Part shown: piece by piece, positions 28,179 to 37,178 of the stretch
Layout: every line of letters begins with the position of its first letter
Numbering within the stretch: position 1 is the first letter of the stretch
Assembly: GCA_021800365.1 (NCBI GenBank)
Contig: JAJYZA010000001.1
Coordinates: 85,377-145,376, forward strand
Source: Nanobdellota archaeon
GTDB taxonomy: Archaea > Nanobdellota > Nanobdellia > Parvarchaeales > Parvarchaeaceae
Direction: 5' to 3'
Length of the DNA: 60,000 bases
Notes under the pieces: generated by a model
What the model was told of the DNA's origin: nothing
What the model saw: the letters and a program-made list of their open reading frames with translations, nothing else
Databases searched by the model: none
Translations under genes and position numbers: made by a program

Positions 28179-31100
28179 TTAAGTGCCAACTGCAGACCAG
28201 CTAGTATAGCTGTCAATTTTACTTATTATATTAAGATTCGGGTATAATTGGTTATAAGCTGTACCATAAAGATCGCCAATATTAAATGCAGTGGCCTGCG
28301 AAGAGTACGTCGCATTAAACACCTGTATATTCAATGAAGGTTTTATAGTTATACAGGCAAAGCTACTGTAAAATTTAGTTTGTGAAGCGTTATAAATAAA
28401 TGGTGCGGCTACGCCGTCTTTGATAAGTTCAAGCGAACCGTTTACCAATGTAACGTTTGGAGATGGCTTTTCGGAATAATTATAAGACAGTTCATTTACC
28501 GTTGATCCATTATAAAAGAATATTGGAAAAACCGTCGCTCCAATATCATCATCCGGACTACTGAAATTATACGCTCCGCTTCCATAAAGTATATAAACTG
28601 CTGATGGCGTTGCGGACTTTCCTAGGTCTATCCACATATTTCCTCCCGACTGTAAAGATGGACTCCACCACGGAAGTTGCTCTATTTTACCAGAAGGATA
28701 AACGCCAAACACCTTCACATAATCCGCTGAAAGATAACTGTAATTAAACTCTAAATTTAATGGCAGCTGTAACTGATAATCGTAGCTGAAACTATTTTGA
28801 TTTAACGCGATAAGGTTATAGAATGTATTACTTTCGGTAGAAAGACCGAATGCTGAGATTAAAGTTGGATTTAAATTTTCTACCGGTTGGTCACTGTATG
28901 ATGCCTGTATCGGAGCATAACCTGCTGCGTATTGATGTGCAAAAAGATAGCTTACTATGTCTTTTGAAGGACTGGTACCTGTCGACAGCCCTATTACCCC
29001 TAATTGACGTCCAAATATCGACAAGGTATTAGGACTATCCGATGAGAAGGTAACATTGTTTCCTGACCCAGTAGTAAGCGTTAGCTTATAACCGGAAGAC
29101 TGCGACCAGTAATTGTTTAGCTCAAAATTGACAATTGCTGGGCCAATAGCTGATGACTCTGTAGAAGATGAGAGCACCGTTAGTCCATTTTGATTTGAAT
29201 AATTGTACAGGAGATTTATATTTTGATTTCCATTGAGTTGTGCAACGACAAAATTGCTTCCTAGATTATCTGAAGTGCTTAGCAGCAGATTAAACTCCGG
29301 CGTCGACCCGTCAAGTACTACTCCCCCATCTATAGATATGTTTACGGGTAAGGCAGCCATCCGATTTGAATTGTTAAAAAGCGCAAATGACCAATTTGTA
29401 TAATTTTCTTTAGGAGATATCGCGCCACCTCCAACCATTGCAAGTAGTTTATTGTTAAATTGAGGATTAGAATAAGTAAAATTAGCGCCGTTTATTTCCG
29501 CATAGTCTGGGCAGGCATTGCTGTCAGTAAACCATCTTTTATATGAATACGGCATACTTGACTGTTCGAATGTGTAGCTGCAATAGTATCCACCGGACTC
29601 GGATTGACACTTAGCGCCACTTACACTGCTTGAAGACTCTATATAAGCCGTACACGTATTATTTAAAAATTCTCTTGCGATTATTGGGGCACAGTTCAAT
29701 AACGTTGCACCGGAAGCATTGATCAATGTCTGCGTGAATCCCGGGTATCCATATGCGTAAGGATTATTTTGTATCCCGCACTGTTCAGTTGGGATCAATT
29801 TCAATCCGTTTTGATAGGCGAAATTTAGTGAAATTGGCACGGCAAGGGTCTCTGAAAAATTGCTGGCCCCGCTGGCTATCTGAGAACTCACAGAAAATAC
29901 ATAGTCCGCTGACGCATTATAATCGGCTGGGACATAAGCACTGTATTTACAATTACCTGCTTCTGAAGCGTTAATGGATAGATTTAATACATTTATGTTG
30001 AATGGTATCCCAGAAAGGAAGCTAACTTCAAGAGGCACCTGATACTCAAGTAAGTTTTTGATATTCGAAAGCGCGGTCTGTGAAAGAAGATTTTTACAGA
30101 AAGCCATGTCTGCTGGAGTTTGACTGCAATTATAAATCGTTGTGCCGTAATAATTCTGTTGCTGGACTTTCTGGAGTTGATTTATAAGATAATAGGTGCC
30201 ATACTGCGGCGACCCCATAGCCAATATAAGTGCGCTGTACCAGTCGTATTTCGGCACGCCGGCTACAGAAACTGTCTTTAGATTGACGCCATGTATAGTG
30301 TTCTCAAGATAATTAAATAGGGCGTATTGAGCGAAGCCGGTAATGTTTGCGTTGCCAACCGGAAAACTTTCATTCACGAATGCGACGCCTAACTGCATCA
30401 TCTGACTTATGTAATCCGTGTCGGTTATATAACCTGCCGCACTTATACAGTTTTGTAGATTAAACTGTATTTCATTGTAGGATACGCACACCTGCGGATT
30501 ATAGAGCGGATACAATGATAATGATACACGAAGAGGTTGATAATTTGGGAACAGAAGATTCTCACTGCTTTGTGTCTGAAATTCATTTATCAAATACTTG
30601 TAATAAATGAAATCTGGCTGTAGCGGCACGACGGCATAATTTTCAGGGAATATATAGAAGACTCCATTCGGATAATTCGAGACAGTGAAATTATACCAAG
30701 TCCCCCCGAATTGAAATTTTGAGTTATTCACGAGCGGCTCCTGTGCTTCTGAAGCGGACAAACCGGCTGCGATGTCTTCTGATATCGCGGCATTTAGACT
30801 TCCCGCATTTGGGTTCAGAAGTGGGGTAAGCGTATATGTATGAATGCCACTTGAGGTGCTGTTGTCGTATATAACTGCCATAATTCCTGATGGGAATGTT
30901 ATTACAGAGAACTGTGCGCTTGGGGCGATTTTTATATAATTAAAGAATGACGACCGTAAAACTGAATCACTCAATACCCCAAACAGCATATCTGATTCGG
31001 GCAGAATGGAAAACTGATTTTGCCCTAAACTAAAGGTATCCCCGACGCTACCATTAAACACTAATGTGTTTCTTGTCTTATCATATACGGAGATGATTGC

Positions 31101-31682
31101 AGTACTATAGTTTGGCCTATCGTAATAAATAGTATAATTATCGGATAGATATGGCGCAGAGAAATTTGCGGAGAAGACTCCAGCTAGCTTTGTCTTGGTA
31201 AAATTGATATCCAAAAAGGTTTTTATCCCCATTCCAGTGGCATTTACAGTGGAAAAACTGCTTTGATTAAGTAGTGCCTTAAGCCCGTAAAGTATCTCCT
31301 GATTGTTTGGTAGACAGGTTTCTCCTTGAAGGTTATGCCAATAGTATATTTTGTCTGTAGGTATGAATGGCAGATTAGTCGTGGCATTTATGTAACCACA
31401 AGAAAGCTGCGAATCTCCATTTGGAAAACCAGAGAAATAAGATGAGGGCTGCAACAAAAAGGCATCAAAAAGCTGTGCCTTATCAAACAAGTAGTTCGCC
31501 TGCTGTATAAGATAATCTTTCTGTGCAAGGCTCTGGTAAATACTATTCTGTGCAGTTATTTGTATCTGCGAACTCAAACCTACTGAGTTCATGTAGTTAA
31601 ATCCCTGTGAGACAACAAAGATAGTTGCAACTACCATTCCAATTATTGCGATTATATTTGCTTGTCCTCTGCTGTTAAACAT
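28179..31682 (-). CDS. large type IV pilin-like protein with C-terminal DUF2341-like module
   Basis: Class III signal MFNSRG/QANIIAIIGMVV; C-terminal YQLQL...LPWW...MWIDL...VYILYG...VFPIFF pattern. Confidence 0.82.
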   Translation of the reverse strand: MFNSRGQANIIAIIGMVVATIFVVSQGFNYMNSVGLSSQIQITAQNSIYQSLAQKDYLIQQANYLFDKAQLFDAFLLQPSSYFSGFPNGDSQLSCGYINATTNLPFIPTDKIYYWHNLQGETCLPNNQEILYGLKALLNQSSFSTVNATGMGIKTFLDINFTKTKLAGVFSANFSAPYLSDNYTIYYDRPNYSTAIISVYDKTRNTLVFNGSVGDTFSLGQNQFSILPESDMLFGVLSDSVLRSSFFNYIKIAPSAQFSVITFPSGIMAVIYDNSTSSGIHTYTLTPLLNPNAGSLNAAISEDIAAGLSASEAQEPLVNNSKFQFGGTWYNFTVSNYPNGVFYIFPENYAVVPLQPDFIYYKYLINEFQTQSSENLLFPNYQPLRVSLSLYPLYNPQVCVSYNEIQFNLQNCISAAGYITDTDYISQMMQLGVAFVNESFPVGNANITGFAQYALFNYLENTIHGVNLKTVSVAGVPKYDWYSALILAMGSPQYGTYYLINQLQKVQQQNYYGTTIYNCSQTPADMAFCKNLLSQTALSNIKNLLEYQVPLEVSFLSGIPFNINVLNLSINASEAGNCKYSAYVPADYNASADYVFSVSSQIASGASNFSETLAVPISLNFAYQNGLKLIPTEQCGIQNNPYAYGYPGFTQTLINASGATLLNCAPIIAREFLNNTCTAYIESSSSVSGAKCQSESGGYYCSYTFEQSSMPYSYKRWFTDSNACPDYAEINGANFTYSNPQFNNKLLAMVGGGAISPKENYTNWSFALFNNSNRMAALPVNISIDGGVVLDGSTPEFNLLLSTSDNLGSNFVVAQLNGNQNINLLYNYSNQNGLTVLSSSTESSAIGPAIVNFELNNYWSQSSGYKLTLTTGSGNNVTFSSDSPNTLSIFGRQLGVIGLSTGTSPSKDIVSYLFAHQYAAGYAPIQASYSDQPVENLNPTLISAFGLSTESNTFYNLIALNQNSFSYDYQLQLPLNLEFNYSYLSADYVKVFGVYPSGKIEQLPWWSPSLQSGGNMWIDLGKSATPSAVYILYGSGAYNFSSPDDDIGATVFPIFFYNGSTVNELSYNYSEKPSPNVTLVNGSLELIKDGVAAPFIYNASQTKFYSSFACITIKPSLNIQVFNATYSSQATAFNIGDLYGTAYNQLYPNLNIISKIDSYTSWSAVGT

Positions 31683-31683
31683 A

Positions 31684-32259
31684 TTAACTCATCACTCCAT
31701 AAATTGTGTACGGTTTTGACGGATCTTCTGGGTTGTATACCTGTAATTGACATAATGTAGAAGCGCTGATGGATGAGGGAATCTGATTAAGGTACACACT
31801 CATCCCTGCATTATTCAAGGTGATTATGTTCGCGTTCTTTATGCCATTAAAAGTGCTAAAAGAGAACGAAGAGAAATAATTTATAAAATCGGAATATAGA
31901 GAAGAAAAGTTCGTCAATGAGCTAGATAAAACAGAATATCCGAGATTACAGGAAGTGCCACAGTTAGCATACAACTGGGATTCCTGATTCGATTGCGCTG
32001 TCTGATATTGGTCTGGGTAATAAAGCGATATTAAATTGAGCGCCGCTGCTGTATGAACATAATAGCTCCCATACAACGAATTCAAAGCAAAATTACAAGC
32101 TATTGCCGATGGTTCTTGATTTACTGCAGTAATTAGATTCGCTGTAGAAGTCTGTAAGAAGGAAGCGGCTATTATCGCAAGCACTATCGCCGCTATCGGG
32201 GCCAAAACCATATCAACAATTGTGATTTGCCCTCTTCTTGAAAGTCTTAGATTTATCAT
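31684..32259 (-). CDS. minor type IV pilin-like protein
   Basis: Class III signal SRRG/QITIVDMVLAPIAAIVLAII; start placed at the ATG in the TAATATG junction (191 aa). Confidence 0.8.
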   Translation of the reverse strand: MINLRLSRRGQITIVDMVLAPIAAIVLAIIAASFLQTSTANLITAVNQEPSAIACNFALNSLYGSYYVHTAAALNLISLYYPDQYQTAQSNQESQLYANCGTSCNLGYSVLSSSLTNFSSLYSDFINYFSSFSFSTFNGIKNANIITLNNAGMSVYLNQIPSSISASTLCQLQVYNPEDPSKPYTIYGVMS

Positions 32260-32260
32260 A

Positions 32261-33061
32261 TTACGATGAAAGTCCATAATTTATTGTTACATATAGCACG
32301 CCACTATCTTGATATAGAGGTTGGCCAACCGAATTAGTAAATTGAATAGTTACTGGGAACTGCTCCGTATAAGAATTTTCACTAAGAAGAGTAGCGATTG
32401 AGGTATATTGTGGTAATATATCGTTATGAGAGTTCGAGCCTACTGCTGCCACTATATTGAGACCAACGCTACCGCCAGTAAGCGTCCCAAGAGCAACGCT
32501 GACGCCGATACTGGCGACCAACGCGGCATATTCTGCATATTGAGCGTATTGCGCTACTTGCGCTTCTACGGCGTAGAATTTATCTCCGTAATTGAGTTGA
32601 TTATAATTTGAAAGAGTCACAGAACCGGCTGCTCCCAAATCAGACGGATTCTGAGTATCTTTGAGAGTGACACTAATCCCGGTAAATGCAGCAAGCTGAG
32701 ACGGCAGTCCAGGAACATCTGTGGTTCCACCAAAGTAAACATACTGTACACAGGATATAAAGCCATTCGCAGAAAATTTGCTTGCATCAATCACCCCCGG
32801 TTCGGTGTCGGAGACAGAATAGAGTGGTCCACCCTCTATTGCGCTATTATTGTTGTAGTAATTCATATTTAGGCGATAGGCAAAGCAGTTCGGAGAAGTT
32901 ATCAGTCTTGTACCTAGTGCAGTTGCAACTGATTTTGCATTTGCAAAGACAGCTACGCTATCTATATTTGATACGTTATATGACAGCACTATGAGCAATA
33001 GCGCGAATGAAACAATCAATATCCCGCCATTGATAAAAGCCATCAGTTGAGTTAGCGCCAT
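32261..33061 (-). CDS. pilin-like protein with an internal Gly/Ala hydrophobic hairpin
   Basis: N-terminal hydrophobic helix without a basic leader; LITSPNCFAY...GVID...C...FPVTI...GVLYV pattern like DPANN minor pilins; internal hydrophobic segment. Confidence 0.7.
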   Translation of the reverse strand: MALTQLMAFINGGILIVSFALLLIVLSYNVSNIDSVAVFANAKSVATALGTRLITSPNCFAYRLNMNYYNNNSAIEGGPLYSVSDTEPGVIDASKFSANGFISCVQYVYFGGTTDVPGLPSQLAAFTGISVTLKDTQNPSDLGAAGSVTLSNYNQLNYGDKFYAVEAQVAQYAQYAEYAALVASIGVSVALGTLTGGSVGLNIVAAVGSNSHNDILPQYTSIATLLSENSYTEQFPVTIQFTNSVGQPLYQDSGVLYVTINYGLSS

Positions 33062-33067
33062 TTTATT

Positions 33068-35530
33068 TTATCCACCTCCGAGAAAAAGGTTCAGCCATTG
33101 CCACGGGAATTGCTCTTGTGAAAAGTATGTTCCCCCGGTTACATTTGGACTATTTGGGTATACTCCAAATAATACATTATCTCCTACTGGAACAAGCGAT
33201 ATGTTAACCCCTCCTCGCATACTAGTCTTTAAAACCTTAAATGTAAGATTTACATATTCTGTAGGATAAAATGCTTGATTTGGTGTTTGTCCGGAAAACA
33301 GTGGCGGGATTGTTGCTTCGCCCTGTAGACCGTTAGCTATTTGCTGAAACCAGCTCGCTTTTATATACGGCTGTGCCAATCTAAGTGCGGGTATTTCTAA
33401 CCCGACCATTACCTTGTCTGTGATAGTATTGCTTGCTATGTAATTCGAACCGGTTGAAAGAGGTGCTGAAAACATTACAGTACTGTTGCTGTTTAAAAAA
33501 GTCGCGCCTGCGCCGGTCCTCCCTAAAAACGCTAGGTTATACGTACCGTTAGTCGTGTTATATAGGTTTATACATTCTCCAGGTATACCAACTGCGACAT
33601 TATTTAAAATTTGTACGGGATTACCATAACCATTGAGGACTAAATTAAATACACAGATAGTACTATCTGCGGAGTTTGTCATGCCGATAGCATATTGTGG
33701 CGACACATAGATACTAACGTTATCACCATTTTGCGCAGTCAAAATCTGATTCACAAAAGTCGAAAGGCTCTTTGGGTATATTTTACTGTCCGGAGAGCAA
33801 ATCGTATTATAAAGACCTTGACTGATAGAAAAAGACAGGCTACCATTCCCGGCTGGAGCTACTATGGTGTTTAAGTTAAATCCAGGCTGCACGGATGACT
33901 GTACAATGCCGCACATATCTGCCATATCCGCTATTATCGGCGCAGAGGCAGTAGTAGGCCTGCCATTAGATTGTCCATTTATGTAAGCTTCTCCTCCATA
34001 GCCGACGAAATAAGTACCTATCTGATCTATCTCATTTAATTTACCATATACATCTAGTGGAGAAGTGACCGCACCGTAAATTTCTGCTGCATCTGACAGT
34101 GCACTATTTGCATTGAGTCCTTGTGGCATAGTACCCAAACAACTTGCAGTCTCTCCATAGACGAGAAAGCCTTTTTGTGCAAGAAAAGCTGTAGCTGCAA
34201 GTATCGGATCTCCGCTACCTACAAATTTCGCAGGCCCCACGAATTGATAACCTGAACTGCTTAACTGTTGCGGGGCGGATACGCCCTGGGAAGGCGTTGA
34301 ATATAGATTATAATTTGAATTGGCATTTTGATTCGAAAACGCCGCAAGCTGATTAGATTCTGACTGTAAGACATTCGCTTCGCCAACGGCATCTTGGATC
34401 GCATTTGACGAAGCTACACTCGCGGCCGGTAGATTATTTATGTCAGACATAGAAGAGATAAAACCCGCATACTGGACTAATTGCAAATTCGCAGCGTTTA
34501 GGTTCGGGGATACCACTTGTGCTGTTTCATAAGAAGCGACTAAAGTGTTATAGACATTAACGGCGTTGTTTGATAAGCCACCTATCGCGTTGCTTGCGGC
34601 AGAGTAACCGGAAGTTAAATAATTCGAAATAGTCGGTGCATCATATCCGATCCAAAACTGAAGCGCCGGCATTCCAAGATTCGTCAGTAATGAAGTTATC
34701 TGAGGATGGGCTTTTGTAAACGCGCGTGCTGATTTTATGCCAGACACAAGTCTCCCTAAAAACGATTTTTGAACCTGAGCTTCGCTGGAAGGGGCAAGTA
34801 ATGCTAAGGGTTTTTCAGTAGATGCTTCATCCTCAACGATACTATTTACAGCTTCCTGAGAGATACCCTCATTAGTAGCTAGTATCTGAAGATCCTCCGC
34901 AGCTGCGGTGCGCGCCGATGCTGTTCCTACCCCGCCATCTAAAGCCACTACAACGACTTTGCCCTGTTCAAAACCAGCAGCAAGGCCAGGATCTGCTTTT
35001 ATTTCATCTATTATGCCTTGTATATCAGACAAAGTTGTCTCCTGCTCGGCCGCCGTTCCTATCGCACTTGCTCCTTCGCTTAGCGCACTTTCACTCCTTA
35101 AAGCTAGGGAGGTTGATTCACTCGAAGCTTCTCCACCACTCCCAAAGACCCCCTTCCCACCCTTTGGTCCAACCGTGAGGAAAAAGCACAATGCTACGCT
35201 AAACGTGCTTTGACCGGTATCGAGTGTGGGGCCAGTAGTATAAGACACATTATATATCTTCGCTCCACCTGCACAGTTATAGGCGTCTATTGCACTATCC
35301 CAAGTACACAAAGAATTATTTCCCGACAATGTAATCTGCATTGATGAAGGGGCCAAGTAAAGCGCATTTTTAGCAGCGGCGATATTATTAGCAAAAAGCT
35401 GCAGAGAGTTCGCACCATTCTGAAATAGTATGCCCTGTAATTCAGCAAAATATATACCGACGAGAAGAAACGCCGCAGATATTATAAGGACAGCCACGCC
35501 TATTACTACCTGCGTTCTCTTATTTAACAT
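33068..35530 (-). CDS. large pilin-like protein (820 aa) with a helical Ala/Glu-rich insert
   Basis: MLNKRT/QVVIGVAVLII class III-like leader (atypical Thr at -1); helical insert; beta-rich glycosylated C-half. Confidence 0.72.
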   Translation of the reverse strand: MLNKRTQVVIGVAVLIISAAFLLVGIYFAELQGILFQNGANSLQLFANNIAAAKNALYLAPSSMQITLSGNNSLCTWDSAIDAYNCAGGAKIYNVSYTTGPTLDTGQSTFSVALCFFLTVGPKGGKGVFGSGGEASSESTSLALRSESALSEGASAIGTAAEQETTLSDIQGIIDEIKADPGLAAGFEQGKVVVVALDGGVGTASARTAAAEDLQILATNEGISQEAVNSIVEDEASTEKPLALLAPSSEAQVQKSFLGRLVSGIKSARAFTKAHPQITSLLTNLGMPALQFWIGYDAPTISNYLTSGYSAASNAIGGLSNNAVNVYNTLVASYETAQVVSPNLNAANLQLVQYAGFISSMSDINNLPAASVASSNAIQDAVGEANVLQSESNQLAAFSNQNANSNYNLYSTPSQGVSAPQQLSSSGYQFVGPAKFVGSGDPILAATAFLAQKGFLVYGETASCLGTMPQGLNANSALSDAAEIYGAVTSPLDVYGKLNEIDQIGTYFVGYGGEAYINGQSNGRPTTASAPIIADMADMCGIVQSSVQPGFNLNTIVAPAGNGSLSFSISQGLYNTICSPDSKIYPKSLSTFVNQILTAQNGDNVSIYVSPQYAIGMTNSADSTICVFNLVLNGYGNPVQILNNVAVGIPGECINLYNTTNGTYNLAFLGRTGAGATFLNSNSTVMFSAPLSTGSNYIASNTITDKVMVGLEIPALRLAQPYIKASWFQQIANGLQGEATIPPLFSGQTPNQAFYPTEYVNLTFKVLKTSMRGGVNISLVPVGDNVLFGVYPNSPNVTGGTYFSQEQFPWQWLNLFLGGG

Positions 35531-35586
35531 ATCCCAAGAAGTAGTACGTTTTATGTTTATTTATGCATTTTTGCGCGGGTTTTTAA

Positions 35587-35769
35587 CTAAAGCTCTAAAA
35601 GCGGCCGTTTTTTGATTTTAGAGTTCATCCGGTTGAACGACGAGGCCTGGCCCTGCTTAAAGTCTGGGAATCCCGGGAGCACTTTTTTGTTCACATCCAT
35701 TATCTTCGGACTACTTTTTATGGCTTTGATTTCGTTCTTAAAGACTCTCTTTCTGTTCTTGTCTTCCAG
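35587..35769 (-). pseudogene. possible N-terminal remnant of a tRNA-associated tyrosine integrase
   Basis: GAGGTG SD 5 nt before a CTG codon; LEDKNRKRVFKNEIKAIKSSPKIMDVNKKVLPGFPDFKQGQASSFNRM resembles archaeal integrase N-termini (ISEENKKLILEFxDF..GLSxxR); 60 nt downstream of tRNA-Asn. Confidence 0.4.
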
Positions 35770-35829
35770 GTTTACACCTCAAATTTTACTTAATTTAAAG
35801 ACGACAAGAAACCTTAACTAGATAAGAAC

Positions 35830-35915
35830 CGCCCGGGGCAGGATTCGAACCTGCAACTTAGTGGTTTCAATTTTATAATTAACAGCCACTCACTCTGCCG
35901 TTGAGTTACTCGGGC
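35830..35915 (-). tRNA. tRNA-Asn(GTT) with a 14-nt intron at 37/38 (35866-35879)
   Basis: AGTGG-CTGTTA[ATTATAAAATTGAA]A-CCACT anticodon arm; GGTTCGAATCC T-loop; one A-C mismatch in the acceptor stem. Confidence 0.9.
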
Positions 35916-37151
35916 TCAATTTTTAATTATAGCTTTTGTGGATATAAATTCTTTAAACTTATCACGTATAAAACCATTGAAATTTCCGACTTTATATTCT
36001 TTGTCGTACACGACGAATTCTCCGACGACATAGGCATCTTTATGTGCTTTTAAGAATGCTTTAAAATGCTTGAAGTCAAGCCAAACATTTGGTCCAAATA
36101 CTTTCCTTGTTTTTGTCTTAGGCACATTTTCTATTTGCAGGAATAATTGGACGCTGTTCTCACGATAAAGTGGCTTGTAATCATAAATTGAAATGCCTGT
36201 TTCGTCGAGCGTCCTCAGTAATTTTAACAAATTCTTATTGTATTTTGATAAAAACCTATCTTTTGGACCGGCTATCTCGGTCTTATATCTAAAGAGTCTC
36301 GTGCCTCTACTTTTAGATAGGTTAATTAGGGCCGTCTCCTCATCTTTCTTAATAAAAAATTCTCTCGATGGAGAAATCAAAAATTTCTTTACTGAAAAGA
36401 CAAACCCAGAAAAGTTTTGCACATTTAAAGAGCCGCACACGTTTCTTTTAGGGTTGGTTGGATCAACCAGTAGTATTGGACTTTCATGTGCTCCAAATAC
36501 TTCCAATGCCGCAGCTTCATCCTTATATGCATTTTCGATATCAATATAGACTCCTGGCATCCAGGTCGTAACTGAATTAAAAAGCGACCTTAATCCTCCG
36601 TATTTTATAATGAGCAATTCCAGTGAGTAGCCTGAAAATCCGTGTCTATATGTCTCTGATCCATAACAGCCGTTTACCTTACAGAACTGTTTCAACATTA
36701 TCACATCCGTTCTAAGGTTTTTATTTAATTTAGTCTTTATATAATCTGCGTGTAGAATCGATAAATCTATCGAATTCTCTGTGTTCCTAAGATCCTTCAA
36801 TTTCACAAGTGGTACTATTTCAATCTCTATACCCCCAACTTTACCCCTAAAGTAAGTACGTGTTCCACGCTCTGGTGAGAATCCTTTTGGCACAAGTTTA
36901 CTTAACGCCAATGTAGCTTTCTCTGAATTAAAAGAAACGAAAATGTCCACATCGCTTTCATTTTTAATCCAAGTATTCTTGGCATAAGATCCTGCAAAAT
37001 CCACACTAACTTGTATATTTGATTCTTTCGCCTTTCGTAAAATAAATGTTTTTATTCCCTCCGCTGTTTTAGCTACCCTTTTATGGTCTTTCTCATTAGG
37101 CACAAAAGATTTATAAACGGTCTTTATTACTCTATTAATTTTATCAGACAT
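35916..37151 (-). CDS. cca: archaeal class I CCA-adding enzyme
   Basis: GSYAKNTW...DVDIF, YGSE, GFSGYSLELL, DPTNPKRNV. Confidence 0.95.
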   Translation of the reverse strand: MSDKINRVIKTVYKSFVPNEKDHKRVAKTAEGIKTFILRKAKESNIQVSVDFAGSYAKNTWIKNESDVDIFVSFNSEKATLALSKLVPKGFSPERGTRTYFRGKVGGIEIEIVPLVKLKDLRNTENSIDLSILHADYIKTKLNKNLRTDVIMLKQFCKVNGCYGSETYRHGFSGYSLELLIIKYGGLRSLFNSVTTWMPGVYIDIENAYKDEAAALEVFGAHESPILLVDPTNPKRNVCGSLNVQNFSGFVFSVKKFLISPSREFFIKKDEETALINLSKSRGTRLFRYKTEIAGPKDRFLSKYNKNLLKLLRTLDETGISIYDYKPLYRENSVQLFLQIENVPKTKTRKVFGPNVWLDFKHFKAFLKAHKDAYVVGEFVVYDKEYKVGNFNGFIRDKFKEFISTKAIIKN

Positions 37152-37178
37152 ATGTATGTTTAATGCATTATTATTTAT

